A DNA stretch of 61,106 nt, the filler included, from Basidiobolus ranarum (taxonomy: Eukaryota), in the NCBI GenBank assembly GCA_040143965.1. It is 5 parts of 5 records of this genome, joined end to end, with 100 filler letters (N's around TTAATTAATTAA, not from the genome) between each part and the next. Parts side by side here need not be neighbours in the genome. Positions count along the whole stretch, not along the records: positions 1 to 12,185 come from JASJQH010007437.1; 4 more parts are not named here. One strand, written 5' to 3'. The position numbers were made by a program, and so were the translations under genes. The notes under the pieces were generated by a model. It made no database searches. It was not told the origin of the DNA and saw only the letters and a program-made list of their open reading frames with translations. Of the stretch, positions 1 to 12,285 are shown piece by piece (position 1 is the stretch's first letter; each line of letters opens with the position of its first letter).

Positions 1-2206
1 CCCTAACCCTTGCTTATTCAAATTATTGCCTAAATGCAACTATTCTTAACCAGGCTCGACATTACACCCAAAATAACAACTACATCCCCCTAACAATTAA
101 TTAATATACAGATAAGATAAGTCGATTGGTGAGCGTGCTTACCAATAAAGTCATGGATTGGTTATTGAATAGACTTCGGGATTAATCAATAGAATAGCAC
201 ACGCAATTCATATCAACTGAGGTATTTCAAGGTATACAACATAGTATCGAGCTAATCATATGGGTTGCCATAAGTCACCCTCTTATATGTTGGTGAACAA
301 CTGAGATTCCACATAAGATATGCTCAGTAAATAGTAAGGTTAGACTGATGAGAATTGGCGAGATCTTCGACATTTCAATTTGCTGCTTATAGCTGAAGAA
401 CTCGCATTCAAGGTTTAGCCCAATGAAGCCAGTAAGAAAGATTACTACACTGGCACAATCCAACAACCTACTCTTCCTATGCAAAAGTACTTTCAATTTG
501 ATGATAGCCACCAACTAACATGCAGAATATCTACAAACTATTGTCGAGCAAGCCAAGAATAGATCGATCAGCAAAGCACCCGATGCGATTTGATGTGCGT
601 CTAAATATATATCGTTATTGACGGATGATTAGTGGACAAGTATGTAACTACGAGAGCCATCAGCAATGTGGTGAATTGGTGGGCTTCCATCCACAAATAT
701 CTCCCCTGCCAGCTACCAGTTAGGTAGGCATCAATAATAGATATCAAGGATCCATTGACAAAAAGAAAGATTTGCAACATCATGCATCTCGTTTTTATCA
801 CGATTGGATGTGCGCTACGATCAATGTACCATCTCTTAATATGTGTAAACCAGAACAGCTCCATGTATGATGCAGAGAAGTCCAGTACTTAGCAACGAAA
901 TCCCCGCCACATGGGATATTTCCTTGCGACCACCTAGGGTAGCAAAGAAAGCCACAGCAAGAGAGTTGACACACATTCTCTACTGAGTGTGATGGCATGG
1001 TAGCTCAGGTCAAGGGCAGTTGGCCGTACAAGTAGTGCTGTGCTCTTTGTGGTGGTAGCATACTCTATCGCTTGAGTGACCTATGCAGACGCTGGCCAAT
1101 AGCAGTCGCTCAAGACCAATACTGAAAGAGATTAATGTTTCGGATGATTGAGGTGCTTGGTGAAGTTGTAATTGTTTCAGATACCACCAATAGGCTACTA
1201 CTAAGACAATCAGAAAATTCACCCAATAAATTGCCAAGGCACCAATCGCTTGCCAGGAACATCATCATAGCATAATAGATATGAGGTAATTTGACTACGC
1301 TTTACCTTGATCCAGCCTACCTTAGCGTAGTGCTTTTCCGAGTGTGATGATGACGAAGAGCTTGATTCGCCTCGTTTTAGCTTGGTTGTTTGCATTATGC
1401 TACATCTCTCCTAATGGATCATTAGTTGACGCATAAAGTCATTTGCTGCAATCCCCAACAATCTAGCATTCATCCATAATCAAACAGCATCACAGGCAAT
1501 CTTGTCACGCGCATTGTGCATTACTCAATGCTCTCCAACCCACCATAGCTTGTTCGTAGTCAGTGGGTTTCAATGGTCAGCGCCCTCGGAATCTTCTCTT
1601 GCCGTTATAGGTCTCTCGAGACCTCATCCATCATGTGATGTGGTTGTCCACTTTGGCTCATTATTGCAGCTTATAATTAATTGAAGGTTATTCTCACTAA
1701 AATAGGAATTAATCAAATCCGACTATAATTAAGCTACATTGGCCACCAATGAAATGCGCTCACCCCTATGTTACTTACCAGTTGTGTCCATGACTTTTGG
1801 AGCTGTGAATTCTTTACCCCAGTTTCATTACGTGCCTTCACCCACCCATCTCCTTTTACTTCTCCATTCTTAAAGTAAATTCCCGAGCTACAGCAAATTT
1901 ATCAAAACCGCTTCTTTGCATAAAATCACTTACAAATAAATCAGATAAACGTACGGCCGGTCCTTAACGTATACCTATTTCATCGCTTTATATATTATCT
2001 TACCTTTGAAACTTTCCTTCTCTCCTCCATTATCGTCAAAGTAGAGGAACACTTAGATCCTTTTGTTCACTTCTCAACATCTTTTCATAAAGTTTTTCAT
2101 TAACTACTTTACGCTACTTATAACTCAAGTGTGTATTCTTTCCTTGCTTTTACTTTTTTTTCTGGTTCATTCCCCTTATTGAATATATATCATCACCTCT
2201 CATAAC

Positions 2207-4271
2207 ATGACTATATCCAACCTTACCTCCCCAATACGCTTTCATCACCTCAAATCCAAGGTATTACAATGACCATAGATTCCACTTGTGATTATCAACT
2301 AATCAGGCACTGCCCTTACAGCTCAATGTCCAGTTTTCAGAGCTAGTGAGAGACCTGACCTCTACAGAAATTGCCGTTGTTGGGAATTATGATTTGTTGG
2401 AAACAATAGGAAAAGGTATATATTTGATTCGAAGGAACTTGTTTTCGTAGTGCCTAATAATTTTGACAAAATCGCATTTTTATATAGGTGCTTACGGGAA
2501 AGTTAAGTTGGGAATGCACAGACTTACCGGACAAAAGGTATAAAGGCACTTGCCTTTTCTAGAATATTGATGCACTTTCAAAACTATATCCACTAACAGA
2601 ACTACATTGGTATTATAGGTCGCGATTAAAATTGTGGATAAAACTCACGCTCACACAGCAGCGAGAGAAATAGAAACATGGCGACACTTGCACCACCCTA
2701 ACATCACACAACTTTTAGAGATCTTAACTACTGAGACTAAGATCTACATGGTAATGGAGCATGTCACTGGAGGCGAACTCTTCGATCATATTACAACACA
2801 TGGAGCTTTAAATGAGCATTGTGGAAAGAGCATGTTTCGAAAGCTTACATTGGCAGTAGATTACATTCATCGAAAAAAATGCGTTCATCGCGATTTGAAA
2901 CTAGAAAATATCTTGCTGGACAAAGATCTAAATCCAAAGATCATAGACTTTGGATTTACTCGCGGTATCCAAAGCCGGAAACTATTGGATACCTATTGTG
3001 GCTCTTTAGCTTATGTGGCCCCAGAAGTAATTGCTGGCACTCAATATTCTGGCCAGGAAACTGATGTATGGTCTTTGGGAGTTATCCTATATACAGTTGT
3101 ATGTGGATACCTACCATTTGATGATGAAGACGAAAGCATTATGCAACGATTGATTGTTGATGCTAACTTTACATTTCCCGAAGGGCTTTCCAAAGGTTTG
3201 AGATTCATGGCTATATAATTTCTAGATTATTCCCTTTCTCAATGTATCTTTCCAATGACAGAATGTCAAGATTTGATATCTGGCATCTTGAAGAAGAATC
3301 CGGCCGACAGGCTAACCGTAGAGGAAATTTTGAATCATCCTTGGGTCAATGAAACTGAAGCATCCATGGATTACGAAATGGCTGCGCCAAACGAACACTT
3401 GACCACTCAGGCTGGCCCAGGTGAACATAGCTCCTCAGACCCCACACAAAATCATTCCCCAACCAAAGCGCCGTTGGCAGTAGATTGTCGTTCTGCAATA
3501 ATACAGTCTGCAACTGAACTTCGCTTATGCTCATTGTTATCGTCAATAGGAATGAGGGCTGAAATGATGAAGAAATCGGTCCAAGAGAATCTGTGCGACT
3601 CGCTTTCGGCACTTTACTATTTGCTTTTGAAGAAGAATCATGAAGCATTAGGCGAGGAGAAGTTTGATCCAGGAGTGCCGAAACGAAGATCGACAAATGA
3701 AGAGATGGATTCGCTTCGGCACCCCAAAGGCTTATTCAAAACAAACTTATTATTCAAGGAACCCAAAAACAGAGAAACTATAAGTAAGCCTAAAACTCCT
3801 AACGGGAAGCGTACAAACATGCAGAAACTCAAAAGTCGAGCTGGAATCCAAGAGTTCAAGCTGCCTTCGCCACCATTTTTTAAAAGATTTGATTTCCATT
3901 TCAGAAAACATAGGTCGTCTTTTTCAAGTGACGAGCCCAGTAGGCCTGCAGCAACGATAACTCCACCAACATCACCAAACTTATTACTCAGACCTATTAC
4001 CCAAACGATCCCCACCTTCGCACTCAAAAAACCCTTCATACCCTCTGGACCCGTGATCAAGGTGAATCCTTCAATATCGTCGGAAGAAAGTCGTTCCCAC
4101 TACCGAAAGTCAAGAAATATTCGTGGGCTAACTGTGTTGTCCACTAGTACACATGATGAAAAGCTTGAATCTTCAAACTTAAGTAGGAGTGTTCCGGAAA
4201 GGGGCACTGACAGGCCTACCTTTCGAGCGATTCAAGCGACAATCACTGAAGAAGAGGAAGAGGGAGTGTAG
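2207..4271 (+). CDS. CAMK-like (CAMKL/AMPK-related) Ser/Thr protein kinase, 5 exons
   Basis: Exons about 2207-2260, 2322-2415, 2488-2537, 2619-3195, 3262-4271 with GT-AG introns. Spliced product has GNYDLLETIGKGAYGKVKLG, VAIK, HRDLKLEN, DFG, TYCGSLAYVAPE, DVWSLG, then a low-complexity tail. Confidence 0.9.
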
Positions 4272-4724
4272 TCCATATCCTACCCTAAATTCTATATTCT
4301 TATCTCAGATACAAAGTGATATATTGAGCCCAATGAGGGTGGGAGCAGCTTCATGCTCTTGAAAATCTCAACTTACTTTTACATAATCCATGATTTACTG
4401 TTAGTCCGATGGCTCATTTATTCAACGACAGGGTTCGTAATAAACACCATTTTTGGCCAGCTAATAGTTTCTTAGTATGAAGGCTTCGATTTGTATGGAA
4501 GTCCCACTTTAACTGTTGTTACCAGTAAGATTATGGGTTGAATTCACTCTGGTTAGTGAAGCACCAAGCTTTAGATTCAATAAAGAGACCTTTGTTCCAT
4601 AGAAATCCAATTTGACTGTGTCTCATGATACATTTAGGCCTCGAACCAAAAGTTATTTGTACAAGCTAACCCCAACCCTCTTTAGCTATTAGAAAGTAGG
4701 GGTTAGATAAGTACCTTAGTCTTA

Positions 4725-4736
4725 TGGTATCAGAGC
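4725..4736 (+). mobile_element. Possible LTR-retroelement primer-binding site (TGGTATCAGAGC)
   Basis: Exact 12-nt match to the classic tRNA-iMet PBS. No gag/pol recognisable downstream. Confidence 0.3.
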
Positions 4737-5969
4737 TTAGCTTTCACATGACGACATATCGGATAGCATAGGACACTGTTACCTTGCTATAGTCTCTGCT
4801 AAGCCTTGTATTCTTCATGAGTACCACACCAGCCCAATGCATATGATGGAATGATATGCCTTGCATCATCACCCCTGGGGCTTGGGAAAATCCAAGAAAT
4901 GCCTTTTGACTTATACCCTGGGCTAACGATTCCCCACACTCGTGTTGGCCTTTTCTGGCTTTAGTAACTGTATTGTTTAAGATACAAGCCTATATCAGTA
5001 ATACGTTTTACCATTGTACATGGTTACATCATCCTGTGGATGGTATTTAGTGTCTCAAACATCCAAAAGAAGACACCATATCTTGATAAGAAAGCATTCA
5101 CTCGCAATGTATTTGTTTTCTGCTTTATTACCGGTGATCATTTACGGTAATTGGCTGACATCAGGTTTTACTTTTTTCATTTAAACTGTGAGGCTTGCTC
5201 TATTTCGCAAACTAGTCGACACCCCCATGGCACTGGATACATTCGACGCAATGGTCCAGGTTGGTTATTCTTGGACGTATCAACTCAGCTCTTGGGCAGC
5301 GCCTCACATGGTAAGCAAAACAGAAATATGCCGGCCCTATTTTTTGTATTTGGAAGTGGGAATGTGGAGATGAAATACTGGTTACATTACTGTATAAGGT
5401 AAATCAACCAACCTACTATTATGGGAAATGGGGTTTCAGAGGCCTACTGCTTATCGATACGAAGTTCTTAGAGATGCTTGTGACTCGCTTTCTAACCCCG
5501 GGTTCTGGGAAATTACCAGATTTCTTAAACTTTAGAACATACTGACTTCGATTTGAAGGATGATCAAGGATGATCAACCAGCACCAAGTATAAAATGTGT
5601 CTAACAACAAGCAGGCAAATTATGATGTAGGTAGTACAACTGATGCAGCTTGGTATACCCATCTGCCTCATCAATCAAAATACAGGACGATAAATCCCCA
5701 AAAGCTTCACTTACTAACTCTAGGCAAGCATCCAGATTCTGGTTTCAAACCATATGTACTTGAATAACTACAAGAGACGCCAAGATCCATATGTGGGAAA
5801 TCCAGTAAATTCGATGGTAATTGTTGCTGTTCATTGGAGAGAGCTTAACTTAGACATAGGTCGAATGAGTGGGTCTGTACGCTACTGACTTCTACGAATT
5901 TCAATAAATAGCAAGGGAATCTCCATCCTAAAACGTATCAACTATTCCTACCTCGAGAATTGTTTGGTT

Positions 5970-8603
5970 ATGGTTAAGTGGCTCAGCGCATCGCTTGCTT
6001 GTCTTGGACTTTCCACACTCACAAATGCGCAATATCGCAACTCCACTCAAATAGGCTCCGCCGACTGTCCTGGATACAGAGTGGTTAGTACTCAGAATCG
6101 TGGAAACGCTATCTACTCTAGATTGACCCTCCGCGGCCAGCCTTGTAATCAATATGGCAAGGATGTCAAGGACCTCATTTTAAAAGTTTCTTATGAAAGC
6201 TCCCGACTACAGGTTAAAATTTCCGATGCCGAAAAGAAGCATTGGGAGGTCCCGGCTGATTTCTTGAGTCCAGATAAAAAATTCCGTACAAAGACGCCTA
6301 TGAAACACTTACTTGAGTTTACTTATCAAAAGAATCCTTTTTCTTTCACCGTAAAGCGTAAAGATACCGGGGAGGTCATCTTCGATACTACTGGCCATCG
6401 ACTAGTATTTGAAGATAAATACTTGGAGTTGTCATCTGCTCTTCCAGAAAACGCTAACATCTACGGTCTTGGAGAAGTAGTCGACACATTTCGCAGGAAC
6501 CCTGCTGATACTATTCAAGCGATGTGGGCAAGAGATGTTGCTGACCCAGTCCGAGAGAATCTTTACGGTGCTCACCCGTTCTATATTGAATTAAGAGATG
6601 GGAAAGCTCACGGTGTGCAGATTCTCAACAGTCATGGAATGGATGTCATATTAGCCAATAAGTCCGTGGCCTATAAGGCGATTGGAGGTGTCCTTGACTT
6701 CTCATTCTATCCGGGTTCAGACGCCTATGAAGTCATAAATCAGTACACTGCCACAGTGGGTAGGCCTCATCAAATCGCCTACTGGTCTCTAGGATTTCAT
6801 CAATGTAAGTAGAAACTTTTATTTTGCTGTAATTCCATGAAGAAACCTGCTAAATTTGAGTGTATTGCAGGTCGTTATGGCTATGTCGATATCGATGAAG
6901 TTGAGGGACTAGTGAAAAATTATTCACTTGCCATGATTCCCTTGGAGACTATGTGGACCGATATCGAGTATCGGGACATGTTTAAAGATTTTACATTGGA
7001 TCCTATCAACTATCCACTAGATCGCGTTCAAAAATTCGTGTCAAAACTCCACAAAGATGGCCAACAATATGTGTTGATCATTGATCCCGCTATTGTGCGC
7101 AACGAGAGTTATCCTGCTTGGACTGAAGGAATAAAGCAGGATGTGTTTATTAAAAATCCCGATGGATCTACTTACATTGGACAAGTTTGGCCAGGGTATA
7201 CAGCTTTTCCGGATTGGTTTGCCCCCAATACTGAGAGATGGTGGACTACTCAAATTGCGAACTTTGTTAAAGATGTTGCAATTGACGGACTTTGGATTGA
7301 TATGAACGAACCAGCTTCCTTCTGTGTTGGGTCATGTGGATCTAATCGTACTGGCATACCCCCATATCCTTGGATGGATCCTGATTACAAGCCTGATGTA
7401 CCACAGACTTTCCCAGAACCTCCATATGCAATTCACAACGCCTATGGCAATCTTTCGATGAAAACTGTAAGCACAGAGGCTGTTCATCATGGTGGCCTTA
7501 CTGAATATCAAGTTCATAATCTCTACGGCCATATGGAGGCTATCATAACTAGAAAGTCACTGTTGGCTATTGAACCCAAAAAACGCCCCTTTTTATTAGG
7601 ACGCTCTACATTTGCTGGATCTGGCGCTCATGAAGGACATTGGACCGGTGACAATTGGTCTACTTGGGAGCAGCTTAAGTACTCCATCTCTGGAATCTTG
7701 AGTTTCCAGATGTTTGGTATTCCATATGCTGGTGCCGATATCTGTGGCTTTAACGGAAACACTACGGAAGAATTATGTCTTCGTTGGATGCAGCTTGGGG
7801 CCTTTTATCCATTTGCACGTAATCATAATGGTAAAGGAAACATAGGACAAGAGCCATATTTATGGGAATCCGTGGCTGATGCTAGTCGCAAAGCACTTCA
7901 TACTCGTTATGAAATTCTCCCATACATTTACACTCAATTCCAGCATGCACATGAACTAGGTCGTCCTGTTTGGAGACCATTGGCCTTTGAGTTCCCCAAA
8001 GATCAAGAGATGCTTGATAATGATGTTCAATTTTTAGTCGGTCCGGGTATTCTAGCTTCTCCAGCTCTTACCGAAGGTGCAACAACTGTGGATGCGAAAT
8101 TCCCAGAAGGAATTTGGTACGACTATTATACTTGGAGTGCTGTAAATGGTCATACCAAACAAATACTCGCAGCCCCATTGAACGGACATCTACCTCTTCA
8201 CATTCGTGGTGGACATATTATTCCCACACAAGAGCCTTCAAGCACTGTTTCCCAATCTCGCAAGAATCCATTCAGCCTGCTAGTGGCCTTGGATGAGCAA
8301 GGTAATGCTGAGGGAGAGCTTTATTTGGATGATGGACAAAGTATAGAAGTAGGCAAGAAGTTCAGTAGAATTACCTATCGTGCTACTTCTCGTGGTATCC
8401 TAGCAAATGGTCATTTCGGATATCGTAGTGGCGTTGTTTTGAAGAACATCACTATCTTGGGTATTAAAGCTCAACCCAATCAAGTTAAGGTTAATGGACA
8501 CACAGTCTCTCACGATCAGTTGAGTTATGATGCTGACAAGAAGACATTGATTATCGCACAATTAAATGTGTCCATGGATAAGCCATTAAGAGTCACTTTT
8601 TGA
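5970..8603 (+). CDS. Secreted GH31 alpha-glucosidase, 2 exons
   Basis: Signal-peptide-like N-terminus MVKWLSASLACLGLSTLTNA. Intron 6805-6870 restores GFHQC-RYGY. Catalytic WIDMNE, plus HWTGDN, GADICGF and FYPFARNH motifs. Confidence 0.95.
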
Positions 8604-9385
8604 ATGCAAAAGATGAAGCGAATAAGTGGTGATGATATCTTCGGGGACAAGTAATTGTTTCTCATAACAGCCACCGATCTATTCGATGCAAATCAGACAA
8701 CCAAAATGTATATCAATTTTGACTGAATAAAACTTTACCCACCAAATATGATCGTGAGAGTGTTTTGATTCATGAGAGCTTGTCAACGTATTCATGCGAA
8801 AGCTTACTAAGTGTTATTCCAAACAGTATAGGCCAAATTCCCACGTCAATATAGTTCTTGAACATTGAATCACGTAGTAAGTTGGGCAAGTGCATTTACA
8901 CATAGATGGTTTCTATCCATGTTCAGGACTGGCATTCTTCATATGGAATCATATGGTTGCACTGTGAGAAAAGAGTGCAACGTGAGCCGTCTGAGAGATA
9001 GTAAGACACGGAGGAAAGACTTGTATTAATTAGCAGGCAGTATATTCTCATCACCCATCGATTCAATTAGTGTGGAGAGTTATGAGATGATGTATCATGA
9101 ATGCATAGCCTAGGTGCTTACCCAAGATGACGTATCAATTAATCTATATTCCGAGATCTCACATTATTCGTGGGTTTTTGGATATACGTACACCTTCGTG
9201 ACGTCAATCAGCCGATATTTACTATTAATGACCTCGGTGGAGTTTCCTCGCCACCATATTAAGATCCCCTCGTACAATAATTAAGAATCATCAGTCTTGT
9301 TTAAAAGATTATGTTTGCTTCCCTCAGAATTGAAACCACATCGTTCTCGAAACGTATATTGAGCAATCGATACTATTTCAGAAGC

Positions 9386-11071
9386 ATGACTACTATGACA
9401 CCACAAGTATGTCTTCCTTCTTGAGTTTTTGAAGTGCAATTCTCCTAAATTATGATTTTCTTTCGTTATTCTGTAGCTTAAAGGTACTAGCTTATTCAAA
9501 GAGGCAGCTTTCGTTAACGGGAAGTTTGTCAGTGCTGCTTCAAACGAACGTTTCTCAGTGAAAGGTAACCTATCCCTAGGCTTCATTTCCCCTTTAAACT
9601 ATGAACCTAAGGTTTCTTGTAAATAGATCCTGCCACCGGCGAAATAATTGGAGAAGTACCTGAGATGGGGGTTGAGGACTGTAAGAACGCCATCGATGTT
9701 GCTACAGCTTCCTTAAAAACTTGGAAGAAAACTACATCTAAGGTAACGTTTTTAGCCGAATATTATGTCAACTTTTGACATATATGTAATTATCATCGAT
9801 AAGCTACAAATATTTATTTTTTCACTCTGTAGACAAGAGCAGACCTTTTGGAAAAATGGTATAATCTCATGATGGAAAATAAGGAAACTTTGGCCCAAAT
9901 TTTAACCGCAGAGAACGGCAAAAACATGACAGAATCTCGGGGTGAAATTGTATATGGTGCTTCCTTTATTAAATGGTTTGCTGAAGAGGCCCGCCGTGCC
10001 TACGGTGATATAATTCCCTCCCCTGCAGAGGATAGACGATTACTAGTAATCCAACAACCTGTTGGTGTAGTCGGAATTGTTACACCCTGGAATTTCCCCA
10101 ATGCTATGATCACTCGCAAGTTAGGGGCTGCGTTGGCTGCTGGATGTACAGCTGTAGTCAAGCCAGCCCCTGAAACACCATTCTCTGCATTGGCACTTTG
10201 CGAATTAGCCAATCAGGCTGGTATACCTGAAGGAGTGATTAACATGATCACCGGACAAAAGCACACCAAAGATATCGGTAAAGAAATGGCAACCAGTGAA
10301 AAGGTTCACAAATTATCATTCACTGGATCCACAGCTGTAGGCAAAATCTTAATGGAGCAAGGAGCCTCCACTATCAAAAAGCTCTCACTAGAATTAGGTG
10401 GAAATGCTCCTTTCATAGTATTCGATGATGCTGACATTGATGCGGCCGTCGAAGGAGCTATTGGCTCAAAATTCCGTAACACTGGACAAACTTGTGTCTG
10501 TAGTAACCGTTTGTTAATCCAATCTGGAGTCTATGATGAGTTCGCCAAGAAGCTGGTCGAGAGAGTTAAGAAATTCAAAGTAGGACATGGATTTGAAGAT
10601 GGTGTCACTCATGGTCCGTTAATCAGTGAAGCGGCAGTTGAAAAAGTGAAGCGTCATGTAGATGACGCAGTGTCCAAGGGAGCTACTGTTGCCCAAGGTG
10701 GCAAGCACATCAAAGGGAATTTCTATGAACCCACAGTCTTGCTTAACATGGATACCTCAATGATAATCAGTTCTGAAGAGACCTTTGGCCCAGTGGCAGC
10801 CTTATATAAATTTGAGAAGGAGGAAGAAGCCGTTGAATTGGCAAATGACACGCCATTCGGGTTAGCTGGATATTTCTACAGTAAGGATATGGGACGCATA
10901 TGGAGGGTAGCCGAAGCTATGGAAGTTGGCATGGTTGGGGTGAACTGCGGATCAGTCAGCTTTGAGGCAGCGCCATTTGGTGGCATCAAGCAATCTGGAT
11001 TAGGGCGCGAAGGATCCAAATATGGCTTGGAAGAATATCTTGAAAGGAAGTTTATTTGCATGGCAATCTAG
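9386..11071 (+). CDS. UGA2: Succinate-semialdehyde dehydrogenase (ALDH5/GabD-like), 4 exons
   Basis: Exons 9386-9406, 9477-9564, 9627-9742, 9833-11071. Motifs [69 protein letters not shown]. Confidence 0.93.
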
Positions 11072-11316
11072 GAATCACTTGAAGATTTGAAAATCAAGAA
11101 CTCGTACTTCAATTTGCCATTATCTTATTTGTAAAAATATTTTGAAGTAAAAGCATAGTATATTCAACCACCCTGCACAGGTAGGCAAATGTTGAGATAA
11201 GCCCACATATAATAAGCTTATTAATAATTGATCAACTAGTTGGGCAAAATAGACCCAATTTCGCAGTGATAATTTAGAACTCCGTTTGCAACAAAGATAG
11301 CAACAGGGCGGGATAT

Positions 11317-12185
11317 TTACAAGTTTTTAACCTTTGTGGATTGAATGGATGGATTCAAGGTATCCATGAACCATACAGCAGACTTTGCAAAGATATAGAT
11401 GAGTCCCACAAAGGTTGTGAGTATTATGAAGTAGACATCGTAATTGTGTACTTCCCAAAAACTCATCCGAGATTCTGCTCTTTGATATAGCCTGTTAGAG
11501 AGATTCACACTTTTTTTGGTGTAGATTAGTTGTTCAGCTACATCCGCTGCATTATTAATTCGCCTGGAATTAATATGAGCCAAGATTTGCATATGGCGCA
11601 CGTTTTTCTCAAAGTTCCTATCTTTATCTTCCACGAGTAACGTCATCTTCTCAATCATTTCTGGTGACGTAAAGGTCTTCAATTCCATCGGTATGGAAAC
11701 GCCAACCGTTTCGAGGTTGCCTGAGTTATAGAAATGATCTCCAAAGATCGGTATATTTAACACTTTAGTGCCCGTAAGTATAGCCTCATTGGAGCTATCC
11801 AAACCACCGTGGGAGACGAACAGAACGGTATTGGGATGTGACAAGATGGAGAACTGGGGCCCGAACGTGAGAATTCTAATGTTATTGTACTCATTATTCA
11901 GAATCTTTTCGATAGGAATGGTAGAATTGTCGAAATGTATCTCTCGAGGGAAGTCATCTTCTGATGTTTGTGAAAGTGGCCAGATAACCCCATCAATCAC
12001 TCCCTTATTGAGTAAATGCAGAACGCTCCTCAACATCTTCTCCACAGAGATCATGTCAAGAATTACTATCGTACCAAACGCTATATAAACGACCTTCTGT
12101 CGTTCATCAAGAAATGATTGCAGCTCGGGTGACAATGGGAGATACTCACGAGAAATCAAGGGTCCGATGAGGTGAACGTTTGGGG
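11317..12185 (-). CDS. UDP-glycosyltransferase (GT1), C-terminal part only, cut by contig end
   Basis: VVYIAFGT, UGT signature PQFSILSHPNTVLFVSHGGLDSSNEAILTGTKVLNIPIFGDH, C-terminal TM helix and KxKxx end (TKVKNL). Confidence 0.88.
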
Positions 12186-12285
12186 NNNNNNNNNNNNNNN
12201 NNNNNNNNNNNNNNNNNNNNNNNNNNNNNTTAATTAATTAANNNNNNNNNNNNNNNNNNNNNNNNNNNNNNNNNNNNNNNNNNNN
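12186..12285. other. Artificial contig spacer
   Basis: N44-TTAATTAATTAA-N44 (stops in all six frames). Confidence 0.97.

Noticed and set aside
1-10. CCCTAACCCT at the window start as a telomere
   Set aside because: Fewer than two units; a similar short match occurs internally near 32004.
5128-5150. TTACCG-N11-CGGTAA palindrome upstream of GH31 as a Zn2Cys6 site
   Set aside because: Single instance, and the spacing does not match AmyR-type CGGN8CGG; chance cannot be excluded.
12230-12241. TTAATTAATTAA recurring about every 12.2 kb as a biological repeat
   Set aside because: Always centred in N runs; it is a synthetic six-frame stop linker.
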